64,000 nucleotides of DNA from positions 248,001 through 312,000 of IMG/VR virus record IMGVR_UViG_3300042473_001265. One strand, written 5' to 3'. Numbering within the stretch: position 1 is the first letter of the stretch; every line of letters starts with the position of its first letter. Shown here piece after piece: positions 45,523 to 54,465 of the stretch. Position numbers and translations under genes: made by a program. The notes beneath the pieces are model-generated. The model had not been told where the DNA came from. It made no database searches and was given only the letters and a program-made list of their open reading frames with translations.

Positions 45523-45804
45523 ATGCCAGCAGTACAGCGAGTAGGCGATTCAAATTCAGCAGGCGGTCAAGCCACCGGTGGCGTGGCTTCTGTACGAGTG
45601 AATGGCAGTCCTATTGTTGTCGCGGGCAACGGTGTCACTGGGCATGCTCCGTGGGGAAAACCGCATCCTCCACATGCTTCTGCCACAGTCAAAGGTGGCA
45701 GCGCCACAGTGCGAGCCGGCGGCAAGCCAGTGATCCGAACTGGAGATACCGACACCTGCGGTCATCCACGATCAGGTGGTAGCTCCAATGTAAGGGCTGC
45801 ATAA
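45523..45804 (+). CDS. PAAR-repeat tail-spike tip protein
   Basis: 'PAVQRVGD', 'VRVNGSPI', 'GKPVIRTGDTDTCGH', His-rich Zn site. Confidence 0.9.
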   Translation: MPAVQRVGDSNSAGGQATGGVASVRVNGSPIVVAGNGVTGHAPWGKPHPPHASATVKGGSATVRAGGKPVIRTGDTDTCGHPRSGGSSNVRAA

Positions 45805-47753
45805 TGGCAGCAATACTAACACCATTGCAATTGCAAGCAGGTGCTGCTCTGCTGCAAAATACAGGAATTGACATTCCTTCTACACTGACAACAGCAATCA
45901 CCAATTATACCTCGTTGCCGTTGTTGGCAAATTTGATTGCAACCATTGGTAATTCTGGTTCTTTGCCCGGCAGTACACAAACAGCGCTACAGACATTTGC
46001 AGGCAACATTGGCAATAGTTGTCCTGCATTGGCGGATTCCATAGTGACCGGAACTGTGTCGTCGGTGTCGTCTACCATTGTTGATCCAGGCATGACCGGC
46101 ATCATTACATTGACTGCTGATGAGTATTTGGGCAACAACAATGTCAGCAAGTTTACACAGATATTCAACACCGCAGCAGCGTATGCAGACACTACAAATA
46201 TCTTTATCAACAGTGCTGTAAACGCCAACACTTATCTGGCAGACACATTCACCAACATGAATAGTCTGACCACCGGTGGATTGACAGATGTAAATTTGGC
46301 AACTCAGGCCATGGGCGATGATTTGTTCAATGCCGGCTATTGGATAAATTTAGGTAACTTGGCCAACCTGGGATCACCCTTGGCCTTGATACAACAAATC
46401 TCATTACGATCGGGCACAATAACTCCGCTGATTGGCGCATTGTCTGATGCCGGCATAAATGAAAATATCATATTGAACCTAAGCAACAATGATTTAATTG
46501 TCACTGACGATGTGCAAAAAATCATGTACTTGGCACTGACAGCCATAACAGGCTCTACGCTAGAACAGATACTGCAAACACTTGGCATATGGACACCCAA
46601 CATCAATTCATTGGCAGATTTATTAAACCCAGCCATAATGCTGCCCAACAGTTATGCGTCATTGACAACAGCCACTGCTGATGGTCTTCGTGGCATCTAT
46701 ATAACACCCGAACCTGTGCCACCCTACAGCACTTTAGATCAAGAAGCCGCAGCACGAGTAGTTGAACGCCCATTGGCATGTGCAGTGCGACAAAGTTCCA
46801 CGATTCCCACCACCAACAACACCAGCTCAGGTGTATTTTACACAGTGAATTCTAATTTGGAAACTACACTGCCACCGTTTGGTATAAGTCTTGAGCGCTT
46901 GTCCATCATAACTGAGCCTGGCCTGGCTTTGGCTAACAAAGCGCTTGCCAATGCTCTATTGCAAATTACCAACATCAGCAGAATGACATTGCCACAGTTG
47001 TCAGATGCATTCTTGGCAGTGGAAACAAACACTGACTTGCCAGATATCACTGCACAGACTCAGGCTGTTCCGCAAACAGATTTAGATTACTATGCCAACA
47101 CCTATGCCACGGGTTCTGGCGACAACGGCACAATACTGATAACAGATATTCTTGGCACAGCAGTGGGCACCAACATCATTGACAGTTTAAACAATTCTGT
47201 CACAGTTATCAATTCACTGTATGCTGCTGGTCAGCTGACCAATCTAATTACCATTTACAACAACATGTTGGGGAATGTGGCATCGGACGCCACAATACTG
47301 ACCTTGATTGGGCAAGCACAAACTGAAATTGGAAATATTATCACGGCCAACCCTACACAGACCACAGAACTCAACACATACTTCTCAGCAATCAGTTCAC
47401 AGATAACGTCAGAAGTCTCTTTCCAAACAGCAGCCGCAATAGATGTTGCAAATGTTGTGGCCAGTCAAACCTCCACTCAAAGTTTTATATTCTCTTTGCC
47501 CAGCTACGGCGTTGATACCAAAGTAGGTGGCACTGCGCAATATCTCGAAGATGTTGCCAATGTGGCCACAGCAGGCGGACAAGCAATAGTGGCCACCTTG
47601 AGAGAAGGACGCAGCAAGTTAGGACTAAACAGTTCAGGCGTAGGAACCGCATCCAATGTTGTGCCTGCTGATCCAGATCAAATACCACCACAGGCAAATT
47701 TGATACCGTCCATAGTGAGCGAAAGCGCTGCCCGGGCCAATGTAGTTTACTAA
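45804..47753 (+). CDS. Large Ala/Thr/Asn-rich probable baseplate/tail structural protein
   Basis: TAATG-coupled to PAAR; composition. Confidence 0.55.
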   Translation: MAAILTPLQLQAGAALLQNTGIDIPSTLTTAITNYTSLPLLANLIATIGNSGSLPGSTQTALQTFAGNIGNSCPALADSIVTGTVSSVSSTIVDPGMTGIITLTADEYLGNNNVSKFTQIFNTAAAYADTTNIFINSAVNANTYLADTFTNMNSLTTGGLTDVNLATQAMGDDLFNAGYWINLGNLANLGSPLALIQQISLRSGTITPLIGALSDAGINENIILNLSNNDLIVTDDVQKIMYLALTAITGSTLEQILQTLGIWTPNINSLADLLNPAIMLPNSYASLTTATADGLRGIYITPEPVPPYSTLDQEAAARVVERPLACAVRQSSTIPTTNNTSSGVFYTVNSNLETTLPPFGISLERLSIITEPGLALANKALANALLQITNISRMTLPQLSDAFLAVETNTDLPDITAQTQAVPQTDLDYYANTYATGSGDNGTILITDILGTAVGTNIIDSLNNSVTVINSLYAAGQLTNLITIYNNMLGNVASDATILTLIGQAQTEIGNIITANPTQTTELNTYFSAISSQITSEVSFQTAAAIDVANVVASQTSTQSFIFSLPSYGVDTKVGGTAQYLEDVANVATAGGQAIVATLREGRSKLGLNSSGVGTASNVVPADPDQIPPQANLIPSIVSESAARANVVY

Positions 47754-47779
47754 TCTGTTGCTAAAAAACAACAAAAATT

Positions 47780-47802
47780 ACCCCAAAATCAGGGGTTTTT
47801 TT
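47780..47802 (+). terminator. Rho-independent terminator (short stem)
   Basis: ACCCC-AAAATCA-GGGGT followed by a T run. Confidence 0.65.
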
Positions 47803-47816
47803 GTGGCATAAAACGG

Positions 47817-47845
47817 TTGACCCAAAATCGCCATTCTGCTATAAT
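47817..47845 (+). promoter_or_regulatory. Sigma70-like early promoter (repeat copy 3), leaderless
   Basis: TTGACC-17 bp-TATAAT, 6 nt, ATG 47852. Confidence 0.85.
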
Positions 47846-47851
47846 ACAGTT

Positions 47852-48085
47852 ATGAAATTAGATGTTAACGAAATTTTGCAGTGGGCCGGCGCTGTATTCA
47901 TAGTGGCCGGGCATAGCCTGAACGCCATGGGCCCGGAGGCTTACCCCTACAATATACTTACATTCTTTGTGGGAACAATACTGTTTCTAGCATGGACTAT
48001 TCGTGTTGCAAATAAACCACAAATGTTTGTGAATCTTGTAAGTGTAGCCATTGGCTTTTCTGGGCTGGTAAAAGCATTTGGTTGA
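47852..48085 (+). CDS. Small membrane protein (about 3 TM helices)
   Basis: Hydrophobic 77 aa ORF; real start at 47852 downstream of the promoter. Confidence 0.75.
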   Translation: MKLDVNEILQWAGAVFIVAGHSLNAMGPEAYPYNILTFFVGTILFLAWTIRVANKPQMFVNLVSVAIGFSGLVKAFG

Positions 48086-48110
48086 CTCAAAATTGCCATT
48101 CTGCTATAAT
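48082..48110 (+). promoter_or_regulatory. Sigma70-like early promoter (repeat copy 4)
   Basis: TTGACT-17 bp-TATAAT; -35 box overlaps the upstream TGA. Confidence 0.85.
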
Positions 48111-48140
48111 TAATGCATAAACAGCAAACAGGAGCCAGAG

Positions 48141-48365
48141 ATGATCAAGCAATTTGTCCAAGTTAGTGCCCACAGAGACAGCAACAATTTTGCTCATTGC
48201 AGTAATCTAAGCCTGATGGCTGATCGCGATATGAGCGCCACACAGGCCCTGCACTACCTGCAGGTCATGGCCGATGACTATGCCCAGCGCGGATATGCCA
48301 TCGAATGGATCCGCGAAGACTTTGATGCAGTGTACGAAGAAATGTACGGAGAATTGTTTGCCTAA
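48141..48365 (+). CDS. Small early hypothetical protein
   Basis: AGGAG SD. Confidence 0.75.
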   Translation: MIKQFVQVSAHRDSNNFAHCSNLSLMADRDMSATQALHYLQVMADDYAQRGYAIEWIREDFDAVYEEMYGELFA

Positions 48366-48371
48366 TTTTGG

Positions 48372-48400
48372 TTGACCCAAAATTGCCATTCTGCTATAAT
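48372..48400 (+). promoter_or_regulatory. Sigma70-like early promoter (repeat copy 5)
   Basis: TTGACC-17 bp-TATAAT. Confidence 0.85.
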
Positions 48401-48430
48401 ATACATACACAGACACAAAAGGAGTTGATT

Positions 48431-48652
48431 ATGGGCTACAAGGTACTGGCAGACAAATTCGAGACAGACCTGATGCGTGTCAAATACGGTCCACGGGCGG
48501 GACTTGAAGGTCCGTTCAACTTCTCGGGTCGTGTGCTCTACTATGATGTCAAACAAGGTCAGTACTATGATCCAACCACAGACTTCTATGTGGAACGCGA
48601 CGAGATGGACATGATCAACAACAGTTTGATGGCGGTACTGGCGGCAGCATGA
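48431..48652 (+). CDS. Small early hypothetical protein
   Basis: AAGGAG SD before ATG 48431; 'LEGPF..SGRVLYYD.K.G.YYDP.TD.Y'. Confidence 0.8.
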   Translation: MGYKVLADKFETDLMRVKYGPRAGLEGPFNFSGRVLYYDVKQGQYYDPTTDFYVERDEMDMINNSLMAVLAAA

Positions 48653-48834
48653 TATCAATCCATCCTGATCTTAATCTGTTTGAAGTCATGCTGGTGCAGG
48701 AGCACTATCGAAAGCGTGGCATCAAGTGTTACACCTTGACCAAAGGCAACGATTGCATCTGGGCTTACCATGGCGCGATCAACGAGTATTTTATTTTTCG
48801 CAACGGCCAAATTGCCGACATTCAAATTGACTAA
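48649..48834 (+). CDS. Small hypothetical protein
   Basis: ATGA-coupled. Confidence 0.7.
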   Translation: MISIHPDLNLFEVMLVQEHYRKRGIKCYTLTKGNDCIWAYHGAINEYFIFRNGQIADIQID

Positions 48835-48844
48835 GGAGTATGTT

Positions 48845-49120
48845 ATGAATATCCAAGAAATCAACACTGCCATCATTCAAGGCCCATTTACCAACGATCA
48901 GCTGACCAGCATTGTAGACGCAGTGCGATTTGCTCGTAGTCAACTCACTCGCCGCAACACTGGATCCTTTGTGATTGGTACTCGCGTCAAGTTTCACAAT
49001 CGTAAAACTGGTGTGACCTATACCGGAACAGTCAACAAGGTCAAGCTGAAGAATATTCTGGTCGACACCGATGTTGGTGTTCGATACAATGTTCCGGCTG
49101 CCATGTTGGAAACAGTATAA
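48845..49120 (+). CDS. Small hypothetical protein with SH3-like C-terminus
   Basis: AAGGAG SD; 'GTRVKF...GTVNKVKLKNILV'. Confidence 0.75.
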   Translation: MNIQEINTAIIQGPFTNDQLTSIVDAVRFARSQLTRRNTGSFVIGTRVKFHNRKTGVTYTGTVNKVKLKNILVDTDVGVRYNVPAAMLETV

Positions 49121-49136
49121 TTGACTGTGCTTGCAA

Positions 49137-49301
49137 ATGAAACAATCAACTTTTCGTCTGTGGTTAACACAGATGTGGATGGAAAATCGCGAAGAACATC
49201 AGGCCCATCGAGAGCCTGTTGTCAGCCAACAAGAGTATTTTAACCGATACAAATATTGGCTTAAACGAGAGTATAAACATCAGCAACGCAACAGTAAATA
49301 A
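49137..49301 (+). CDS. Small hypothetical protein (54 aa) missing from the ORF track
   Basis: MKQSTFRLWLTQMWMENREEHQAHREPVVSQQEYFNRYKYWLKREYKHQQRNSK; fills the gap exactly and stops 1 nt before the ligase ATG. Confidence 0.65.
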   Translation: MKQSTFRLWLTQMWMENREEHQAHREPVVSQQEYFNRYKYWLKREYKHQQRNSK

Positions 49302-49302
49302 C

Positions 49303-50679
49303 ATGAACAAAATAGATTTTAGCACAAAAGAATTTGAAGGGATCAAGTTGGCAGCAGACTGGATTCGAGATCTTGAAAGCAGCGACAGTAGATTACACAA
49401 AGAATCTGTGATCGAAAAAGCCTATGTGGCCTCACAACTTGGCAGCGCCAGTGCTCAATGCTTTTTGTTCAACTGCTATCAGGCCTACAACCCTTTCTAT
49501 GTGTTCGGCGTCAAACAAATACCCGAGACTACTGGACTTGAGAACCAACCCAACAACTGGCCTGTGTTCTGGGCCTTGTGTGAAGCACTGCGCACTCGTA
49601 GCTTGACCGGACACGAAGCTCGTGATCGTATTGCGGCCGTGAGCCAAGAGTTTGACAGTGCCGAATGGAACATGTTGTGTCGTCGAGTGCTGATCAAAGA
49701 CCTGCGATGCGGCATCAGTGAAAAGACCATCAACAAAGTTGTGGGCCGAACAGAATGGAAGATCCCTACCTTTACTTGTCAGCTGGCACAGGACTCCACC
49801 GACCACCCCAAGAAGATGAAGGGCATCAAACGCCTGGAAGTCAAATTGGACGGTGTGCGTGTGATTGCAGTGGTGTCGGGCAATAGCTGTGTGTTGTACA
49901 GCCGCAATGGCAAGGAGTTTGAAAACTTTCCGCAGATTGCTGAGGCTATCTTGGACAACCGTCGGGCATTCCAACACGGTCGAGGCACAGGTGGACACTT
50001 TGTGTTGGATGGTGAAATTGTAGGTGAGAATTTCCAAGCCTTGATGAAACAGGCACAACGCAAAAGCAATGCCAAAACAACTGGTATGGTTTATCACATT
50101 TTTGATATCATTCCATTGGATGCACTCAAAGAAGGCCATTGCAACTTGCAACAGCACAAACGTATAGCATGGCTAGAAAGTGCAAAAACGGTGTTGGACG
50201 AAACCGATTGTTTGCGTATCATGCCGGGTATGGATGTGAACCTGGACACTGCGGAAGGACATGATGTTATGCGCAGGTTTGCTGAAGCGTCAGTTGAGCA
50301 AGGATATGAAGGCATCATGATTAAAAATCTCGATGCTCCGTACGAATGCAAACGCAGTGATCACTGGATGAAATGGAAACCCACCATCACAGTGGATTTG
50401 ACCATTGTGGGTTTTGAAGAAGGAACTGGTCGCAATGCAGGCCGGTTGGGTGCTATAATTTACGAAGGAGTTGATAATGAACGAAATATTCGGGTTAATG
50501 TTGGTACTGGCTATAGTGATAATGATCGTGATGAGTTTTGGGCTGCCCGGGATCAGTTACTTGGTGTCATTGGCGAAATCCAAGCTGATGCAGTTACTCA
50601 AAATCAAGACGGATCATACAGTTTGAGATTCCCTAGGCATGTTCGGTTCCGTGGATTTGAAGCCGGGGAGAAACTGTAA
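49303..50679 (+). CDS. lig: ATP-dependent DNA ligase
   Basis: 'EVKLDGVR', 'YSRNGK', 'LDGEI', 'YEGIMIK', 'WMKWKP', 'SLRFPR'; start at Met29 of the ORF track. Confidence 0.95.
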   Translation: MNKIDFSTKEFEGIKLAADWIRDLESSDSRLHKESVIEKAYVASQLGSASAQCFLFNCYQAYNPFYVFGVKQIPETTGLENQPNNWPVFWALCEALRTRSLTGHEARDRIAAVSQEFDSAEWNMLCRRVLIKDLRCGISEKTINKVVGRTEWKIPTFTCQLAQDSTDHPKKMKGIKRLEVKLDGVRVIAVVSGNSCVLYSRNGKEFENFPQIAEAILDNRRAFQHGRGTGGHFVLDGEIVGENFQALMKQAQRKSNAKTTGMVYHIFDIIPLDALKEGHCNLQQHKRIAWLESAKTVLDETDCLRIMPGMDVNLDTAEGHDVMRRFAEASVEQGYEGIMIKNLDAPYECKRSDHWMKWKPTITVDLTIVGFEEGTGRNAGRLGAIIYEGVDNERNIRVNVGTGYSDNDRDEFWAARDQLLGVIGEIQADAVTQNQDGSYSLRFPRHVRFRGFEAGEKL

Positions 50680-50780
50680 TGCATTGGCTACTGGTATTGA
50701 TCTTGGCATTTGTTAACCTGCCGCTGGCCCTGGGGTTGGCAGCAATTTTTATATTTTTTGGCAAACAAACAAAAAATTAA
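50679..50780 (+). CDS. Small hydrophobic peptide (33 aa)
   Basis: TAATG-coupled to the ligase; MHWLLVLILAFVNLPLALGLAAIFIFFGKQTKN. Confidence 0.55.
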   Translation: MHWLLVLILAFVNLPLALGLAAIFIFFGKQTKN

Positions 50781-50798
50781 TCTAACAAGGAATTGAAA

Positions 50799-50972
50799 AT
50801 GGAAAAATTTATGGAATGGTTTGGTCGGCACCGTAAGACGATTGGATACACTGTCGGTGGTGTTAACTTAGGAGCTGGCATTGCCGCAATTGCCGGTGGC
50901 AGTGTTTGGCCTGGGATATTATGGTTAGTCTTGGGCGCTGCAATAATTTTAGATGCTAGGATGTTCAAATGA
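50799..50972 (+). CDS. Small membrane protein (57 aa)
   Basis: AAGGA SD; ATGA overlap with the next gene; two hydrophobic segments. Confidence 0.7.
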   Translation: MEKFMEWFGRHRKTIGYTVGGVNLGAGIAAIAGGSVWPGILWLVLGAAIILDARMFK

Positions 50973-51520
50973 TTTCAATGAAAGAATGGATGGAATTGGT
51001 CGACTATAAGATCACCGAAGGCAGTGCATACGGCTGGTCATGCTACGGTCCCGATGCTTATACACTAGATTCGTGGAACGGTGTTCAAGGCGAAGGCGGA
51101 TACAGTTTCAGCATTGTGTTCAGTACTGAATCTGCACAAACAGCGCATCAAGTGTCGGCATACGACTACACCAACAATCGTGCTTACCGAATGATCAATC
51201 CAGACTATGCAGAGCAGTATCATAACGAAGCCAAGTCTAGAAATGTGCCGGCTAATCAAGCCTGGGACAATGTTGACTATGTGGATTTGGAAGTGGCAGA
51301 CGACTTTATTCAAAAGTGCCTGGCCATTCGCGCCGGTGAGGATTATGACACACGAGTACAGATTACAGTTGACTTTTCAGATGAAGATCTGTTGAAGTAC
51401 ATGAAACTGGCACACGAGCGTGATATCACATTCAACGAATTGGTGGTGCAGGCCTTGACCGAGGCCATTCAACTCCGCGACGCGAACCCAGAAAGATTTG
51501 GTCAGTTGTACAACGATTAA
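50969..51520 (+). CDS. Hypothetical protein with C-terminal ribbon-helix-helix-like segment
   Basis: 'ITVDFSDEDLLKYMKLAHERDITFNELV'. Confidence 0.75.
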   Translation: MISMKEWMELVDYKITEGSAYGWSCYGPDAYTLDSWNGVQGEGGYSFSIVFSTESAQTAHQVSAYDYTNNRAYRMINPDYAEQYHNEAKSRNVPANQAWDNVDYVDLEVADDFIQKCLAIRAGEDYDTRVQITVDFSDEDLLKYMKLAHERDITFNELVVQALTEAIQLRDANPERFGQLYND

Positions 51521-51536
51521 GCACTTGGAATAACAT

Positions 51537-51731
51537 ATGAACAAGAAACTTGAAATTGATTTTGAAACAGCAGACCGCATCACAGTGCTCACACTGAAAG
51601 AACAGCGCAAGTATCTCAAAAAAGAACTGGCCGACTTCAAAAAAGGCGAATACCTGCATCCTGAAGATGTAAGCGGAAACACAATCATGATCCATCACTT
51701 GGATGCTGTGATCAAACATTTTGGTGGCTAA
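51537..51731 (+). CDS. Hypothetical protein
   Basis: 64 aa, tightly packed. Confidence 0.7.
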   Translation: MNKKLEIDFETADRITVLTLKEQRKYLKKELADFKKGEYLHPEDVSGNTIMIHHLDAVIKHFGG

Positions 51732-52172
51732 ATGAAAATTGGACTCAGTTACAGCCGATGTGTTCGAGACATTGCGGAAGGTCGTGTGGACATTGACGAT
51801 GTGCTGGTTATCATTGCTCGTACAGATTTTGATCCCAATGACGACGAGCAATGGGCAAACATGTGGTCGGCCTACGGCGGCGGCTCGCCTAGATTTGATT
51901 CTATTACGGGCTTTAGTCGTAGTGCTCCAGAGTGGGCTGGTCAAACTGACGAAGATCTTTTCCGTAGTGTGAGCGTAGGCTTATGGAAGTTGGGCAAGCT
52001 GCACCAGCCACGCAAATTTGGCGCAAATCCGAGTCGGCGTGGTGAATTTTGGTTGGAAGCAGTGCTGCCTGATTCTGAACTGGAATCACGCCCCGCAGTA
52101 AAAGACGCATGGGATCGGTTTCAGATGCTGGCCGGATTAACCAACACAAAGTTGGATCGAGATTATCAATGA
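51732..52172 (+). CDS. Hypothetical protein
   Basis: 146 aa. Confidence 0.75.
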   Translation: MKIGLSYSRCVRDIAEGRVDIDDVLVIIARTDFDPNDDEQWANMWSAYGGGSPRFDSITGFSRSAPEWAGQTDEDLFRSVSVGLWKLGKLHQPRKFGANPSRRGEFWLEAVLPDSELESRPAVKDAWDRFQMLAGLTNTKLDRDYQ

Positions 52173-52633
52173 AAAAGGTGTATTATGAAAAAATTGGACG
52201 GCGGTATCGGCCTGTGGCTGAGTATGATAGCAATCTTTTGGATAGTTTCCATCGAGGTAGTCACCTTGTCTGCGTATACCCCGGGGGACAATCCCGTAGG
52301 TTTAATGTGGAACCTAACCATGCGGCCATGATTGCCGCTGGACGGCTGGCTGAAGATGCCATCTGTCAGGCCCTACACAAGGCCAGTGAAATGCGGCCAC
52401 AAAAAACTCCCATCACTCCGGGTCAACTCAAGGCCTGGCAAAAATTAGCCAAGGAGTTTGGTGATGAATTGTGTACATTACAGCATGCCAGTGCCAGAGA
52501 TTTGGCCGAAGCAGGTGTCAAGGCCATGCAGGCCGAAGCTGACAAACTGATGAGTCATCCCGCAGTGGTTGACGCATGGGAGAAATTTATGTTAACATGT
52601 GAACTTACTAAGGAGAGAAAAAATGGCAACTAA
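52169..52633 (+). CDS. Hypothetical protein
   Basis: ATGA start at 52169 (MKKVYY). Confidence 0.75.
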   Translation: MKKVYYEKIGRRYRPVAEYDSNLLDSFHRGSHLVCVYPGGQSRRFNVEPNHAAMIAAGRLAEDAICQALHKASEMRPQKTPITPGQLKAWQKLAKEFGDELCTLQHASARDLAEAGVKAMQAEADKLMSHPAVVDAWEKFMLTCELTKERKNGN

Positions 52634-52835
52634 AGCAACAGTATCAAAAATCAGCGACAAGCTGACCAAGATAAATGAATCATACACTGTGTATCGTTAC
52701 GACAACGGCTTCATGATAGAAGCAGGCGGTCGCAACAAAAAAGGCGACTATGTTACTGCCAAGATCCTGTGCAACACACTAGATGAGGTACTGATTCTTG
52801 TGAAAGAAGCCGGCGAAATGGACCTAGACGTTTAA
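52623..52835 (+). CDS. Hypothetical protein
   Basis: AAGGAG SD before ATG 52623. Confidence 0.75.
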   Translation: MATKATVSKISDKLTKINESYTVYRYDNGFMIEAGGRNKKGDYVTAKILCNTLDEVLILVKEAGEMDLDV

Positions 52836-52845
52836 GGACAACAAC

Positions 52846-53523
52846 ATGGCCACCTGGAAACTATCACCACAGTACAAAAAATCAGCAGTAGAGACAATGT
52901 TTTTCTACAATGGCAGCAAAACTATTGTTGTTGAACAAGGCTGGCGCTGGGGCACGTTCACAGTAGAATCAGATGAGCGTCCGCTTACAGATTCAGAACT
53001 TGCAAATGAAGACGGCTATGAACTTGGTTGCATTGACAACGACGAGTCATGGGAACTTTATGAAATGACCGACGGTTGCTGGCTAGATATTGACGCAGGC
53101 CGCGACGCCACTGAAGAGGATGTGGCAGCGTTTGAACAAGCCTGGGAAGATGATGGCTACGATGGCGTGGAAGCTCTGGGCTGGAGCAATGACGATACTG
53201 AGTATTGGTACCATGGTCCGTTGGAATTAACCAACGAAGACACTGGTGAAGTATTCCTAGGTAACGCTGCGGGTACTCAAGCTCAAACTGAACAACAGTT
53301 GCTGGCAGAGTTGGACCAGCTGATTGCCGCCATGCCAGATCCAGATGAACCTGCTGTTACCGACTGGTTTACAGCAGATGTCAAGCCTGTACATAAAGGC
53401 AATTATCAAGCAATTACTGAGGCAGCACCTATGTGGCCGTTTCCTACCATGGTAGAGTGGAATGGCAAGCAGTGGGGCGAGCCTGTCAAAGAATGGCGCG
53501 GACTGGCAAATAAACCTGAGTAA
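52846..53523 (+). CDS. Acidic hypothetical protein
   Basis: AAGGA SD; D/E/W-rich. Confidence 0.75.
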   Translation: MATWKLSPQYKKSAVETMFFYNGSKTIVVEQGWRWGTFTVESDERPLTDSELANEDGYELGCIDNDESWELYEMTDGCWLDIDAGRDATEEDVAAFEQAWEDDGYDGVEALGWSNDDTEYWYHGPLELTNEDTGEVFLGNAAGTQAQTEQQLLAELDQLIAAMPDPDEPAVTDWFTADVKPVHKGNYQAITEAAPMWPFPTMVEWNGKQWGEPVKEWRGLANKPE

Positions 53524-53526
53524 AAC

Positions 53527-53555
53527 TTGACAACACTGGTTGCTACTGTTATAAT
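53527..53555 (+). promoter_or_regulatory. Sigma70-like promoter
   Basis: TTGACA-17 bp-TATAAT. Confidence 0.8.
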
Positions 53556-53590
53556 CGCTATGCATAACATACAAATGTCAAGGGTTTATT

Positions 53591-54049
53591 GTGATAAAAA
53601 ATGTAAGGACAGACTATTATTTGAATTTCATTAAAGACGACCCTGTTCGTCCTCATCTGCCGACCTTTTGGCGTGTAGAACCCAATCGCGAAGTCTATGT
53701 GTTGGAAGATGATGAAACCAACGAAGTTACTGCAATGATATGTGTGGCATTCTGCAACGAAATACCCATTGACGAAGGTGAATTAGAAAAATATTCCACG
53801 CCAACAGACGAACACAGCGCCCGAGGCACCAATGCAATATTCTATACTGTGTGGAGTTACCGGCCTGGTTCAGGTAGAACAATTGTGTTGGGTGTGGCTG
53901 AATTGATCAGAAACACAATGCCCGATGTCAAAAGATTTGTCACACTGAGTCCAATGACCGACATGGCACGCCGATTTCATCTCAGCAACGGCGCTGGTGT
54001 ACTACAGGTCAATTCAACATCGGTAAATTACGAATACAAATTTGACTAA
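53591..54049 (+). CDS. Hypothetical protein, possible GNAT-like fold
   Basis: 'AIFYTVWSYRPGSGRTIV', 'VTLSP...A.RFHL.NGA'. Confidence 0.6.
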   Translation: MIKNVRTDYYLNFIKDDPVRPHLPTFWRVEPNREVYVLEDDETNEVTAMICVAFCNEIPIDEGELEKYSTPTDEHSARGTNAIFYTVWSYRPGSGRTIVLGVAELIRNTMPDVKRFVTLSPMTDMARRFHLSNGAGVLQVNSTSVNYEYKFD

Positions 54050-54447
54050 TGAGCGACGATCAATCCCACGATGATCTGATTCGACATCTCAAAGGCATAC
54101 GAGAAATAGTCATTAACAGATGTCATGGTGGGTTTGGGCTGAGTCATGATGCTGACCTGTTGTATCTTAAACTGGCCATGATTGACTATACCCAACAGGA
54201 TCGAACAAGTCGCGATGAAACCACAAGACTGGGACCGCAACTGATGGTCGACGGAGATGAGTGGTTGTCAACTGACTTGAAAAGAGACGATCCTGTGCTG
54301 GTATCTGTGGTAAAAAGATTGGGGAAAAAAGCCAATGGTCCGTATGCCGACTTAAAAATTGTAAAAATCCCTGCCAGTGTTGAATGGGAAATTATGAATC
54401 GCGGTGGTAAAGAGTGGGTGGCTGAAGCTCATCAGCGCTGGTACTAA
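54049..54447 (+). CDS. Hypothetical phage protein
   Basis: 'VINRCHGGFGLS', 'RDDPVLV', 'EWVAE'. Confidence 0.75.
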   Translation: MSDDQSHDDLIRHLKGIREIVINRCHGGFGLSHDADLLYLKLAMIDYTQQDRTSRDETTRLGPQLMVDGDEWLSTDLKRDDPVLVSVVKRLGKKANGPYADLKIVKIPASVEWEIMNRGGKEWVAEAHQRWY

Positions 54448-54451
54448 ACCC

Positions 54452-54459
54452 TATAAATA
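54452..54459 (+). promoter_or_regulatory. TATAAATA late promoter, leaderless arrangement
   Basis: Exact T4 late consensus, 6 nt before ATG 54466. Confidence 0.7.
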
Positions 54460-54465
54460 CACATT

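Noticed and set aside
45523-45804. Type VI secretion system
   Set aside because: PAAR also caps myovirus tail spikes; no other T6SS genes are present and the context is phage structural
49219-49302. N-terminal extension of the ligase given by the ORF track
   Set aside because: Overlaps a better-fitting 54-aa ORF in another frame; ligase starts at ATG 49303
49432-50157. 241-aa antisense ORF within the ligase
   Set aside because: Entirely inside a conserved DNA ligase; no motifs
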